A DNA stretch of 64,000 nucleotides, taken from NCBI RefSeq assembly GCF_006345805.1, contig NC_043002.1, positions 10,106,001 through 10,170,000 of the forward strand. The letters are read 5' to 3'. The position numbers and the translations under genes are program-made. Below, one piece after another: positions 1 to 14,239 of the stretch. How positions within the stretch are numbered: position 1 is the stretch's first letter; each line of letters begins with the position of its first letter. Source of the stretch: Octopus sinensis (taxonomy: Eukaryota). Below the pieces are notes generated by a model, which was given only the letters and a program-made list of their open reading frames with translations, was not told the DNA's origin and ran no database searches.

Positions 1-96
1 TTGAGAGTGTTATACGGGGTAAGATAAGTAAATAAATAAATAAATACGATGTTGGTTTTTTGTAAAGGGCCCAAAAATGCTTTGTGTACAAATACT

Positions 97-945
<849 letters not shown>

Positions 946-1764
946 TATTAAACAAATAACATTATGGAATAAATATTAAGAGAGGAACTTATTCGGACAC
1001 TTAGGGAATAAGACGGTTCGGATTGTAAAATGTCCAACAGTTTGTGAATATGAATACGAAATTAGTAAAAACATTGAATCGAATTAATACCGGAGGAAAG
1101 TTATTGAAATATATCTGGTTAAGGGGAGGTAATAACTAGGGAAAATGGCCATAATTAGTGACTGCTAATTTTGCAGCTAGTTGATTAAATGATCTTAAAA
1201 TCAACCAGCCTAATGGTCAAATAAATAAGTAGAAGTAGATATCGTTAATTAAATTAATGATTACAACTTATAGTTAAAATTTAAGATTGAAAATTAAAAT
1301 ACTTGCAGATTGTTTTTATAGATGTAAGCTCTTACGTCATGCCTTCATACACACAAAAAGGAAAATTCAACATACATATAAATGCACACACATATATGGG
1401 TATTCACGTATGCCAGTTTTAAGAAATAATCCCCCATCCAAGTATTAATACATATAATCACAATAATAACGATATTAATAGCGGTAGATAAGTACTGGCT
1501 CTAAAACAATGATCAAGCAAATACATAACTAAATATATAACTTAATATTTCTACATATTTTGAATATCAATGGCAATACCATATAACACTGGAAGCAGAA
1601 ACAGCTGTTAGATGAGATGCAGTCTGTTTGCATTGAATAAATAAATAATAATTGATGTAAGTCAATTGTTGTTAATCAGTACTTTTCCATTTTCTTTTTT
1701 CTTCAAATTTTGCATACATACATACATTCATACATACACACACACACACACATACATACATACA

Positions 1765-1797
<33 letters not shown>

Positions 1798-1809
1798 GTA
1801 TATGTATGT

Positions 1810-2000
1810 ATATACAATTGAAATTTACAGAGAACAGAAGACGAGGACGGGTGTAGGAACGACAAGCAGGCGTATTAGTTCACCGCTCGGGAAGAATGGA
1901 AATGGAACTGACACTCTTCTACAGAAAGGATTAAAAGGAAAAACAAAATCGGAGAGAGAGAAAGTGAGCAGAGTCCAATGCTCTAACATGAAGAGGTGAC
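1810..2000 (-). mobile_element. Penelope-type terminal repeat, family F, partly deleted
   Basis: Similar to 35996-36190 and 62690-62875; keeps CTGTAGAAGAG (minus strand) of the HHR-like motif. Confidence 0.55.
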
Positions 2001-2032
2001 CGAGAAAAATGAATGAAAACGGTATGACGACG

Positions 2033-2126
<94 letters not shown>

Positions 2127-2166
2127 TAATAATAATAATAATAATAATGATAATAATAATAATAAT

Positions 2167-3390
2167 TTTTACAGGAAGATAGGAAAAACAGCGTTTACTG
2201 TAAGGTCTGTACCATCAAAAGAAGAAGTGCAGGGATTTTGGAATAAAATTTAGGCAGAAGAAAAAACACACAACGAAAAGGCCCCCTGGATTGACAGAAT
2301 ATCTACAGAACTGGACTCCTTAGAAGAGCAAAAGTGGGAGTGTGTCAAGGTAGAAGATATAAGATCTGCTTTCAGGAGGTCAAGCAAATGGAAGTCTCCA
2401 GGAAAGGATAAAATTCCTAACTTCTGGCTGGATGCCTTCCCAGAGAGCCATGAACTACTAACAGAACTGTACAATGATGTTTTGCAACACCCTAGTAGGA
2501 TGCCTCCTTGGCTAGTTAATGGGTTAACATTCCTGCTTCCAAAAAGTGAAGAAACAAATGAACCCAAAAACTATAGATCCATAACCTGCTTAACAACTAT
2601 GTATAAATCGCTAACATCTGTCCTGACGGAATATACTTATAGTTTTTTAACAGACAGCAGCATATTCCCTAATGGACAGAAAGGATGCAGTACGGGTATA
2701 AAATGTTTGATAAAAATATAAATCATCTCATTTACATGGATGATTTAAAGCTTTTTGCAAAAAATGACCAACAACTCAAGGGCTTACTAGCGATAGTCAA
2801 ACAATTCAGTGACGACATCAGAATGCAATTCAGCCTCGATAAATGTGCAAAAGCTACCTTTATCAAAGGAAAAATGACAGAAACATCTAACGTTAACCTT
2901 GACCAGCAGAATGTCATAAAAGAACTAGGCCCAGCGGAGAGCTACAAGTACCTAGGGGTAATTGAAGGGAACGGAATAAGGCATTCAGAGATGAAGGAAA
3001 GGATCAGGAGAGAATGTTATCGAAGAGTGAGAGCAATACTCAAGACAGAGCTGAATGCAAGAAACAGGATCGAAGCGATCAATTTATTAGCCATACCAGT
3101 CGTGACTTACAGTTTCAATATCGTTAACTGGTCAATTACTGAAATATGTCAGCTCGACAGAAAAATACAAAAACTCTTGACAATGCATAGAATGCACCAC
3201 CCTAAGGCAGATAAGCGAAAGGGGCTGATTGCTACCTAACTCAGATACCAGGAAACCCCCAAAATTGCAGAAATTCAAAAGATAGTGCTCATGGAAACTG
3301 CTCATATCCTACGCAAAATACTCTCTATGTAATCCCAAGGTTTAAAACAAACTTTTTTTTAAAAAATTTATTTATTAGACACTCACTAGT
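2167..3390 (+). mobile_element. R4/Dong-like non-LTR retrotransposon, decayed, with internal deletions
   Basis: RT motifs WKSPGKDKIPNFWL, YRSITCLTTMYK, INHLIYMDDLKLF, YKYLGV; C-terminus ...AHILRKILSM* and 3' UTR shared with 20606-21340 and 35062-35545; starts directly after an (AAC)n(AAT)n array. Confidence 0.85.
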
Positions 3391-3486
3391 TGAATTTTCT
3401 GCTGCTTTAAATAAAGCATATTACTCTACCACTGGTATTTGAGTACTCTTTTTCCACCTTGTTTCACATTTATGTGTTTACTCCGG

Positions 3487-3517
3487 TATATATATACATA
3501 TATTATATATATATATC

Positions 3518-3593
<76 letters not shown>

Positions 3594-3602
3594 TAATATA
3601 TA

Positions 3603-3692
<90 letters not shown>

Positions 3693-3725
3693 ATATATAT
3701 ATAATATTATATATATAATATATAT

Positions 3726-3764
<39 letters not shown>

Positions 3765-3765
3765 C

Positions 3766-3796
<31 letters not shown>

Positions 3797-3838
3797 GTGT
3801 GTGTATCACCGCACTCATTCTCTGCATATATATATATG

Positions 3839-3874
<36 letters not shown>

Positions 3875-3907
3875 TATAATTATATATATATATACATATA
3901 TACATAT

Positions 3908-3939
<32 letters not shown>

Positions 3940-3948
3940 TACATATAT

Positions 3949-3982
<34 letters not shown>

Positions 3983-4020
3983 CATATATACATATATATA
4001 TATGTGTGGATGTATGTATG

Positions 4021-4101
<81 letters not shown>

Positions 4102-4125
4102 GTATGTACGTATGTGTGTATATGC
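3487..4125. repeat. (TA)n compound microsatellite
   Basis: Visible directly. Confidence 0.95.
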
Positions 4126-4269
4126 AGAGAATGAGAGCGACAGGCAGATAGATAGTTAGGTACAGATTCCAATACATGTACATTTGAATGTATTTATGTA
4201 TTTGTCATCGGCGTTTTATCGCGTGTCCGATCATTTATTTGTTTTTTTTTTCTTGACCACTTCTTTCCC

Positions 4270-5500
4270 TCTGTTCCTATTTATGTCTCTGATGACCGAT
4301 GAGGCCGATTCTTGCATGGAAGTGTCCGTTGTAAAGTTCACAAAGGATCCATGGTGGAAGCTTTGGTTTTTGCAGCCGCCATTTTCTTTCTTGTCGTTTC
4401 TCTTCCACTTTCCTCTGTCGTTCAGCTTTAGAATGATCTGTTACAGTAGAGATGGAATGAGGCCAGCGGGGTCCTGTCCTGAGCTTCCATGTCCCAGGCT
4501 TTGGGATCGATTCCAATCAGTTTTATGCTTTGCTTCAGCTGATCCTTGGTATCGACGGAGGGGACGGTCACGGATTCTTCTTTCAGTGGAAAGTTTACCA
4601 TATAAAGTTTGACGCAGCTTCTTACATTCCATCTCAGACGATGTTACAGGATGGTATCCTCGATGCTGTTGCATTTCGTTTTCTCCAAAACAGACACATC
4701 GGTGACATAGGCGTCCCATTTAATATTCATAATAGAGAGGAGCTTCTGTTGGTGAAATCGCTCTAATTGTTTGACGTCAATTCGCTAAAGAGTCCCGGTT
4801 TCACAACCGTAGAGGGGAATACAGAACACAATTGCTCGGTAGACAATTTTGTTTTAGCGGTTCAGATTCTTGTTCTTAAATACCCTTTTAACAAGTCCAT
4901 CAAATGCCGTGTGAGCCGCTCTTAATCGGTTCTCCATCTCCTCTTCCGATGTGCACTTGTTTGAAAGTAAACTTCTTAAGTATGAAAAGTGGTTAACTTT
5001 CTCCAGTGGCGTCTCCAAGATGGTAATGTTGAGGCCTGGAGTTTCCTGACATAGAGCGAGTTATGCCAGGGTTTTTGGGTTTTTTATGTTGACTTTTAGG
5101 CCAAACCGAGTGTAAGCATTGAAGTTATTGACCGATTGTTGAAGCTCTTCACTGCAGTGGGAGGCCGCTGCGTTGTCATCAGCATACTGAAGTTTAGCTT
5201 ATTATGTATTTGTACATTTGTGTTATCGTAAATGGAAACGAACCATAATGCATATACATAGCAACCCACAAAATAGCAGATTATACATACCCTGTTCAAA
5301 CATTAGAGATAGGTGTGTACGACCTCCCTCTACATAACAATATTTTTTAACACACAGATTACGGTAGACTCCCATCCATCCTTTGCCATGGGACATGCAA
5401 TTTCCTCTGAAGTCTTTGCAATCTGAAAAGATAACGAAACTGAGTGAGATAGAATGGGTGACAGGATATATATTTACCAACTACTTAGACAGAATAATTT
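4270..5500 (-). mobile_element. RTE-clade LINE, decayed 3' half
   Basis: Minus-strand LQYADD near 5170-5190, FSYLRS...ENRLRAAHTAF, LERFHQQKL, TLYGKL...RPLRRY, and C-terminal FHARIGLIGHQRH; stops and frameshifts present. Confidence 0.8.
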
Positions 5501-5728
5501 ACCCAACATTCTGATTCTCACAAATAGTTGAAAGCATATGTATAATGCTTCTTAATATTCCTCTAATTCGTTTACTTTTAATTTAATATGGCGACTCAAA
5601 CAAAACGTGAACAAATTGTAGTATTGAAAATGGCTGGTATAAAGAATTCTGAGATGATAAAATAGTTCAGTGAAGATTAAAGATTATGAAAAATGGCTGG
5701 TCGTCTTGAATTGTAAATATATATAAAA

Positions 5729-6125
5729 CTAGCAGTATCGCCCGACGTTGCTCGGGTTTGTAAGGGAAATAACTATATAAGCATTTTTAGAGAGTTATAG
5801 CCAAAAAATTGCAAAAAAATGCATTAAAAATGGAAAAAAATTATAGTAAATTTTTTAAAAAATCGTTGACTCATCGTAGACATTTTTAGAGAGTTACTTC
5901 CCTTATATAATAGCGAAAAAATGCATTAAAATGGAAAAAAATTATGTTAAATTTGTTTTTAAATCGTAGACTCATCGTAGACGCGCGCTAATACCCAGAA
6001 TGGCTCGATATGAATCACGACTATAAGATACCCGGTTTTGGTTAAACTGCACCGCAAAATGTGGGAGTAGTTAGGAATCTAAATCGTAGGAGACAGACAC
6101 ACAACCTTACTTTTATATATAAAGA
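5729..6125 (-). mobile_element. Non-autonomous Helitron
   Basis: Minus strand starts 5'-TCTTTATATATA and ends with a CCCGAGCAACGTCGGG hairpin plus CTAG-3'; inserted between A and T; 3' end shared with 9615-9998. Confidence 0.85.
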
Positions 6126-6290
6126 TATTATCAAAAAATACAACAACCAACTTCTAAACTTTCATTAACCAAAGCCTAAAAGTGCTTTGTTTTTAATTTT
6201 CGATAAAATGCATAATGGGTAGATATACTGCCCTCGGTATATCACTTACTTTCTACCAACTGTTTTTCGCCGCTTATAAATCTCTGTTTC

Positions 6291-6624
6291 GTGGAAGCGC
6301 AATGGCTCAGTGGTTAGGGTAGTGAACTCGCAGTCGAAGGATCGTAGTTTCGATTCCCAAACCGGGCATTGTTAAGCGAAAATACCTAAAGCTCCACGAG
6401 GCCCCGCGAGGAGAGGGGGTGAACCCTACTGCACTCTTTCACCACAACTTTCTCTCACTCTTTCTTCCTGTTTTCGTGTGTACCTGTATTTCAAACGGCC
6501 AGCCTTGTCACGCACTGTTTCACGCTGAATCTCCCCGAGAACTACGTTAAGGGTACACGTGCCTGTGGAGTGCTCTGCCATTTGCACGTTAATTTCCCGA
6601 GCAGGCTGTTCCGTTGATCGGATC
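6291..6624 (+). mobile_element. tRNA-derived SINE, family B, diverged and 3'-truncated
   Basis: A box TGGCTCAGTGG, B box TTTCGATTCC; aligns by eye with 23389-23773. Confidence 0.85.
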
Positions 6625-6963
6625 TCAGTCCTATTCACCTGTTTATTTCTTTTTACTTACTTGTCTTTCTTGTTTTATTATTCTTCCTGTTCTCTTAATT
6701 GTTTTTTGTTGTTGTTTTTTGCATCATTCTTGTTCTTTCATTTAAGTCCAATTTAAGTCCACTAAATTTTACAATATTTATCGTCAGTTGTCAACATTGA
6801 GGTAACATTTTATCGATAACTGATGACGTGGGTGAGTATGTCTATGTCCATTGTGTATTTTTTCCAGTTTCATATTTTCCTGTGCTGTCCCTCTGTGCTT
6901 CGTTTTATTACAAACACACACGTACTCACACACACTCGCGCCCGTGCACGCACACATATTTAT

Positions 6964-7130
6964 GGATGTATGTATGTATGTATGTATGTATGTATGTATG
7001 TATGTATGTATGTATGTAGGTAGGTAGGTAGGTAGGTAGATAGGTTGGTGGGTAGATAGGTAGGTAGGTAGGTAGGTAGGTAGGTAGGTAGGTAGGTAGG
7101 TAGGTAGGTAGGTTGGTGGGTAGATAGGTA
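6964..7130. repeat. (TATG)n/(TAGG)n microsatellite
   Basis: Visible directly. Confidence 0.95.
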
Positions 7131-7534
7131 TGCGTGTGTGTTTGTATATATAAGTATATGTGCAACGGTTAAGAATGTCAACGATATATTATAGCATGGT
7201 GGAGATATTGAAGTTTAGAGAAAAGACTGCGCAAAGAAATGACACATTGACAAATTTATTGAGCCGTTACGAAGTTTCCCAGCTGCGAAAAGTTGGAGTC
7301 AGTTTCAATAGAGAATCTTATGTTTAAACTTTTTAATGTGTGTTATTTATTAAGTCGTATGAGAGGAGAAAATGAAGTCTACTAAGCTCGTCAAAGCAAT
7401 TTGCCAGTGTGTGTGTGTCTGTGTGTGTGCGCGTGTAAAAGCTAAGTCTCTGAGTGTCATGATGGCAGACGTAGACAGTCTGCTATTGGCTGAAGAAAAG
7501 GGAAAACAAAAATTTAGAAGGATCTCAATATATA

Positions 7535-7766
7535 TATTTCTTTACTACCCACAAGGGGTTAAACACAGAGGAGACAAACAGGGACAGACAAACGGATTAA
7601 GTCGATTACATTGACCCCAGTGCGTAACTGGTACTTAATTTATCGACCCCGGAAGAATGAAAGGCAAAGTCGACCTCGGCGGAATTTGAACTCAGAACGT
7701 AACGGCAGACGAAATACGGCAACGCATTTCGTCCGGCGTGCTAACGTTTCTGCCAGCTCACTGCCT
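7535..7766 (-). mobile_element. SINE family D
   Basis: Reverse complement of the 32489-32700 type (GGCGAGCTGGCAGAAAC...GAGTTCAAATTCC...GGGTAGTAAAGAAATA). Confidence 0.85.
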
Positions 7767-7967
7767 GAGTACTCCACAGATACGTGTAGTACTCAGGATC
7801 TCAATATATAATTGATTTAGTGTTGAAGCAGTTCGTGGACGACGGAAGTGAATCTTGATTGGACGACGGAAGTGGATCTTGATTGGACTCGGGTCTCACG
7901 TGAGATCTTTGGGAATTTGGCAGGTTGAATTAGTATTTTCCCAACACACACACATATATAAAAAAAA

Positions 7968-8284
7968 GGGCTCTCCGTCGGTTACGACGATGAGGGTCCC
8001 TGCTGATACGATCAACAGAACAGCTTGCACGTGAAATTAACGTGCAAGTGACTGAGTACTCCACAGACACGTGTAACCTTAACGTAGTTCTCAGGGAGAG
8101 TCAGCCTGACACAAGATGTAACAAGGTCGGCCCTTTGAAATACAGGTACTACTCATTTTTGCCAGCTGAATGGAGTGGGGCAACGTGAAATAAAGTGTCT
8201 TGCTCAAGGACACAATGCCGGGAACTGAACTCACTACCTTGCGATCGTAAGCCGAATGTCGTAACCACTAAGCCAGACGCCTTC
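7968..8284 (-). mobile_element. SINE family C (own head, family-B tail)
   Basis: Head TGGCTTAGTGGTT...TTGAGCAAGACACTTTATTTC; tail matches the family B 3' half; same structure as 38236-38558. Confidence 0.8.
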
Positions 8285-8696
8285 ACACACACACACACAC
8301 ACCGCACTTACACACACACACACGCATATTCCATTGAGTCTTACTCCATTTGTTGGTGGATAAGACCTCACCAAGGTGTTACTAATGTTTAGTGAAGCGT
8401 AGGTGGTGAGCTATTGGGTGGTTGCTGTTTGCTCACTACTGTTTGCTCAGTGAAATATGAATTCAGAACATAAACAACCGGGAAAATTCCCACAACAAAC
8501 TCTCCCCCTCCGCTGCAAATAGAAACAATAACATACAATGAACGTTAAAGGAATTATATATAAATGTAAAAACAAGAACTGAAGCAGATCTGGAGTAGAG
8601 GGGGGCATGACATTGATGGCGTCAAAACTGATAACGAAAGAGCTTTGAGAAACGTAGCTGACTGATTGATAGACCGAACATTTACTCAAACAAACG

Positions 8697-9112
8697 AGCG
8701 TAGGAGTGGCTGTGTGGTAAGTAGCTTGCTTACGAAGCAGATGGTTCTGGGTTCAGTCCCACTGCGTGGCATCTTGGCCAAGTGTCTTCAACTGTAGCCT
8801 CGGGCCGACCAAAGCCTTGTGAGTGGATTTGGTAGACGGAAACTGAAAGAAGCCCGTCGTATATATGTATATATATATATGTGTGTGTATGTGTGTGTAT
8901 ATGTTTGTGTGTCTGTGTTTGCCCCCTCAACATCACTTGACAACCGATGCTGGTGTGTTTACGTCCCCGTTACTTAGTGGTTCAGCAAAACAGACCGATA
9001 GAATAAGTACTAGGCTTCCAAAGAATAAGTCCTGGGGTCGATTTGCTCGAGTAAAGGCGGTGCTCCAGCATGGCCACAGTCAAATGACTAAAACAATTAA
9101 AAGAGTAAAAGA
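8697..9112 (+). mobile_element. SINE family A, full length
   Basis: A box TGGCTGTGTGG, B box GGTTCAGTCCC, internal (TA)/(TG) tract, AAAAGAGT tail. Confidence 0.9.
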
Positions 9113-9614
9113 TTTAAATATCAATCAACTGACAAGTATCAATAAGATAATGAACTCGATCGACCAATACGAATGTTCATTTTGGGGATATTTTTCAGCA
9201 TACGATTCGCAAACCAAACAGAAAAGCGTAAAAGCAATAGTAATCTCGTAGCATATAAACTGTGTGAAAGAATGCGGTTGTATCAGTTTTCACTTACATA
9301 TTTCTTGCACGTCGATCTCGCTATTGTTGCATGCTATTCGCTTGCAAGAATATTCTTCTTTAACTATGCCTACATTATTATTACAATAGCACACTCCATT
9401 ATAAGTACATCCGTTGCATTCTGAAGATAGTATAAAACATATATATTTTAAAGTGAGAAACAATGAACAGGTATTTTGTTGGTTTAAAAAGTAGGGTAGT
9501 GGCATTTTTGCACTTGAATTTTTTTCTAAATTGGGAATCTTTCTCTGATTTCAAACAAACCCAATATCAAATGCGGTTGCTTAATGCTAGTAAATAGAGT
9601 AACAATATAGATGA

Positions 9615-9998
9615 CTAGCAGTATCGCCCGGCGTTGCTCAGGTTTGTAAGGGAAATAACTATAAAGCATTTTTAGAGAGTTATAGCCAAAAAACAGCAAA
9701 AAATGGGAAAAAATGATGGTAAATTTTTTTTTGATAGTTAAAAAAGGTGGAGTTGCGTCCCCTACACAGTTTGTGGTTTGTGTTCCTGATTCTCGACCCC
9801 ATGTCGAATTTATCGATTTTTTTCAGAACTGGGGGAACTTTTCAAAATTTTCGCTGCGTTAGTTTTGAATTATGACATTGGGCTATGTGTGTGTCAAGTT
9901 TCATCTGAATCGGTTGAAAGCCGTGGTCAGGGTGAGGGTACAAGCAAACAGACACACAGAAACACGCACAGACAAACTGCCGTTTATATAGAGAGAGA
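9615..9998 (-). mobile_element. Non-autonomous Helitron
   Basis: 5'-TC start, subterminal hairpin plus CTAG end, A|T insertion site; terminal ~60 bp nearly identical to 5729-5790. Confidence 0.85.
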
Positions 9999-10329
9999 TA
10001 ATAATGACTTCAAATTTTGGTACAATACCAGAAATTTTCACGGGGGTATGTATATCGTACACAAACCATATTGTGTCTTTAGAAATGCCTCTTTACCGCA
10101 CTGGACAAAATGCTTGCCGGCATTTCTTTCGACTTTACGGTTTGTGTTCAAAATATCACAGACGTCGACTTTGTCTTTGATTCTGTCGTGGCCGATAGAA
10201 TAAGTAGCAGTTGAATAGTGGCGTCGATGTAATTCACATATCTCCTAGCTCTGTTATTGCTTGCCTTGTGTCAAAATTTAAAACCGATGTTATTTCTTTG
10301 GCAACATTTGCTAGAGATAATCATTAGAT

Positions 10330-12060
10330 TATTATTAATTATATAGAGATTGGCTACCCTGCTCCTCACTTCATCCCAGTCCCTTCTCGACCTATTTGGA
10401 CCAAACTAGACAATGAGTAATTTAACTGGTTCCACCATTCTGTGCCCCTCGATTTTATTGGACGGCGCGACCTGCCTCTCCAGGTGCCGTGCTACCGACC
10501 CACTTACTTTTCTTGGTTAAGTTTTGTTCCTGTCAGCGCCTCGTATTTTTTAGAGCAGTGCCAACCAGGTTTATGTACCTGCTGTTCGATACTATGATGA
10601 TGAGGTCATCTCTTTGTGCTGACTCGGTTCTCCGACGTCTAAGTTCGCATGGTATGCCTCTCAGCGGCTCTAACTTCTGCAGTAATGGTGCAAGAGCCAG
10701 TACATACACAAAAGACAACAAACGACACCTTTGACAGACCGAATGCATAATTTTGAATGGATCCGACAGGTAACCACTCACCCAAACTACTGCGCAAATA
10801 TCGCTGTATATTGCAGCGATCCAGTCACGAAAAACGAGGCCTTATCGAAAGTTTTAGAGTAATCCAAATTGATCAGGACATCGCCCATTCCACGTTCCTT
10901 ACCCACCCTGTCTCTGATGCATCGCATTATGTGGAGGGTATCGTGGATGTACCTGTTTGGGATTGTGCATTTTTGCGCAACACTATTCGATTCCTAGTCG
11001 ACAAGCGCCAACTTCTTCGCTAACACCTTCGCTAAAATTTTGAAGTCTGCGTTCTGCAGCGTTACGGGCCTACAATTTTCTATTTGGTCCCCTTTTTTGG
11101 ATTCTTAGCACTGCCACCACTCTTGACTCACAGAACTGAGAATTTTCCCGTTCTGCAGCCAGTCGTGGTAGATATTTGCCAAAATGACGCTAGAAACGTC
11201 TGACATATTGGAGTAAAACTCATAGGGTAGATCATCCAAAACAGGCGATTTCATCCCGTGCAACTCGTCATTGCATCCTACGGGTGTTATCGCCATTTCC
11301 GAGTGTCGTGGTATACCGTCGAGGTAGGCACTGAAGTCCATCCTGCGTTCCAAACCACCATTCGTCCCAAACATCAAACATCTGCGCGAAGTGCTGCTGA
11401 AATGCCGCACGCATCTGCTCGGGCTCAAATAACATGTGCCCATTTTGATCCATCAAAGACCGAATTGTAGCTTTGTTACCACGTTCCATCTCCGCCACTC
11501 AGGTCATTCGAGTGGCTTTCGTCCCCTCTTCTCTTAAAGCAAGTATCGTAGCTTTGACAATACAACCTTTGCGTTTAAGAATTGGTCTCGAGCCAATCTC
11601 GCGTCCAGTAAAATTGGTTGCAATGCTTTTCCTAAGCACCTCTTCAAAGTTCACCTTCTATTTTATTCCTTTCTATCACTAATACCTTACTAAACCTTAC
11701 TGATCCTACTCTAATTGCCCTATAATTATCTGGGAAAACAACCATTTGTTGTTGACGATTGTCCATCTCAACACCCGCTTCATTAATTCTCTAATCCGGC
11801 CTCTGTAAAGTCTGCACGCTGGAAGTGTCGTATTCAGCTTCCAGTAACCGGGTTCCTGTCTTCTTGGACTGTCTAGAACGACCGTACAGATCACAATACC
11901 CTGTCTAGATACAACGTGGATAACTCGATGCAATTAGTCCGCATACACATTGGCACATCCGGGAAATCCAGTCGGTACCTGTCAGACAGGTGCAAATGTC
12001 TTAGTAGGTTTGTAAGGTTGTTACCACACCCTTTTCTATCCATTAGATCCATACAGTCCA
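10330..12060 (-). mobile_element. Tx1/L1-like LINE, decayed
   Basis: PGYWKLNTTL, KSPVLDDLPYEFY, RPVTLQNADFKILAKVLAK; related to 45613-47650. Confidence 0.75.
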
Positions 12061-12261
12061 TACAGAATTATTACTACCCATGTATTTTAATTTAAATTTA
12101 TCTCTATAAAAAAAAAAAGAACGAACAAGTGAGTTTAGTTTAATGGCCTACCAATGTATACTATGAGTTTCTTTGCCCTAGGAGTCGGGAAGACACTCGG
12201 CAAGAAATGGAAGCAAATTTGAAAGAAGAAGAAAAAAATAATAATAAGAAGAATAAGAATA

Positions 12262-12695
12262 AAGGCCACAGAAAAGTTCACAGAAAACGAGAAAGCAACA
12301 ATACTCTGGGATATGCCAATACACACAGATAGAGAAATTATGGCCAATACGCCAGATATAGTTGTCAGAGATCAAAAGAAATGGAGAAACTTTCAAAATA
12401 CAAAGACCTGGAAATAGAGGTAACTCGAATGCGGAATCTAAAAACAGAAACAATTCCTATCATAGTAGGCACATTAGGTATGATAAAAAACATTCAGACA
12501 AATACATAACAAAAACACCAGGACTTACAAACACATATAACCTACAGAAAATTGCACTACTGGGCACTGCACGCAAAACACTTTCAATACAGTAACCATC
12601 AGAGCATCACAGCAAACCACAGCACATACCCAAGGCACATAGAGCTGCGCTCGGTAGTGAAGGGAAAGCACGTTTAAAAAGTAAAACTACTGAAT
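12262..12695 (+). mobile_element. R4/Dong-like element, 3' end (family 2)
   Basis: Restriction-like endonuclease motifs ILWDMPIHTDREIMANTPDIV, KYKDLEIE, LLGTA; followed by (AAT)n; 3' UTR repeated at 20390-20545. Confidence 0.8.
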
Positions 12696-12709
12696 AATAA
12701 TAATAATAT

Positions 12710-12916
12710 TAAAGAAGGTTATTTTTCTTTAACAAGGGTGACCTAAAAAAGAATACAGAAAAGCCTAATCATCGCTGCTCAGGACCAGGCAGTGAATACC
12801 AACTCAGTGTAAAAGGATATATACCACACAAATGCAACGGACTTCTGTGGAATGTTTGGGAAGAGGGTCGAAAGTGTGACTCACATTGTTAGTGCTTGTG
12901 AAAACCTTGAGCAGAA

Positions 12917-12918
<2 letters not shown>
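12710..12918 (+). mobile_element. R4/Dong-like fragment (zinc-knuckle region), interrupted by a CR1
   Basis: LIIAAQDQAVNTNS...CGMFGKRVESVTHIVSAC; reading resumes at ~14120-14210 with RHDKVAQNLHWLL and WYQHTPE. Confidence 0.7.
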
Positions 12919-12951
<33 letters not shown>

Positions 12952-14110
12952 ATTTGGCTCAAAAGCAAATAGCAAGGCCATGTAGGGGGACATGGAGTTA
13001 AGTACAGGGTGGTGTTCATGTAAAGAGTTCAGGCCACTTGAGGTCAAGGGAGGCTTTGAACAAAGCGGTCGTCGGCATCTTCACCATCTCGTCTGGCAGC
13101 TTGTTCCACGGATCCGCAACCCGGACGGAGAAAGTTCCTCTCCTTCGATTGAGATGATATCGTCGCAGGTAGAGCTTTTCGGAATGACCCCGCAGCCGAC
13201 GCTCTGGAGCAGGAGTGAAGAACAGCTCTTTCGAGAGGTTACACTTTCCGCTTATGATGTTGTGGGTGAGAATGAGATCACCACGGCGGCGGCGTTTTTC
13301 AAGAGAATAAAGGTCGAGCGTCCTCAGCCTTTCTTCATAGGACAAATTTTTGAGACCATGAACCATGCGGGTAGCCAGCTTCTGGACTCTTTCGAGATGT
13401 GTATGTCTTTGAGGAGATAAGGAGAAGAGGCTTGAATCCCGTACTCCAATATGGGTCTCACCAGCGTGACATAGAGTGGTAGGAATATGGCTGCTGTGAG
13501 CATTCCGAATGACCGTCGAATCAAGAACAGAATTCCGCGTGCTTTGTTGGCAGCATGGACGCACTGGGCCGAAGGCGAAAAGGAGGAATCCACCAAGATA
13601 CCCAGGTCCTTTACCTGATCGGTCCACTCCAGCAGCAGACGACCCGGCTCGAAATCAAGTTGAGTTGCAGGAGGAGAGCCAACAGGCAGATGACAGCATT
13701 TTGACACGTTCAGACACAGGTCCCATTCGTTAGACCACTTCCAAATTTGGTGGAGGCATCGACGAAGATCCTCTATATCACAGCGAGGAGCGACCAGTTT
13801 GATATCGTCGGCAAATAGAAGGGTGTGTTGCGTGAGGTCGTCGGGCAAGTCATTTATGAAGACTAAGAACAATAAGGGCCCAAGCACTGAACCTTGAGGC
13901 ACGCCACTGCTCGCACTGGAGACGTCGGACCGCGAACCATTAACTTGGACTTGGAAGGAGCGATCTGAGAGGAAGGCACCAACCCATCGTACAATATCCG
14001 GATGGAAACTATATGCTTGAAGCTTGACAAGTAATAGGCGGTGGTTTACCGAGTCAAAAACTTTGGCAAAGTCCAATAAAACGATGTCAACAGCATCACT
14101 ATCATCGAGT
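12919..14110 (-). mobile_element. CR1-clade LINE, 5'-truncated, with (AACT)n tail
   Basis: DFAKVFDSVNH, SGVPQGSVLGPLLF, LFADD, LERVQKLATR, LSYEERL, LRGH, FSVRVADPWNKLP; one frameshift near 13400; (TTAG)n at 12919-12950. Confidence 0.92.
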
Positions 14111-14239
14111 ATGCGCGTCGCGAAGACACGACAAAGTAGCCCAAAACCTCCATTGGCTACTATGGATATGAGGTCACGTGTGCTTGGTACCAACATACAC
14201 CAGAAATGGTAATGGACGAAATGGGGAAGGCAAAAGAAG

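Noticed and set aside
4285-4330. CTGATGA as a hammerhead core
   Set aside because: No stem II followed by GAAA; it is the antisense of the RTE C-terminal coding sequence.
5588-5720. Tc1-like transposase N-terminus (MATQTKREQIV...)
   Set aside because: Too short and interrupted to call.
7255-7310. Further HHR-like half motifs (also ~19390-19440, ~53100 and ~59080-59110)
   Set aside because: Cores are incomplete or stems unpaired; not distinguishable from chance.
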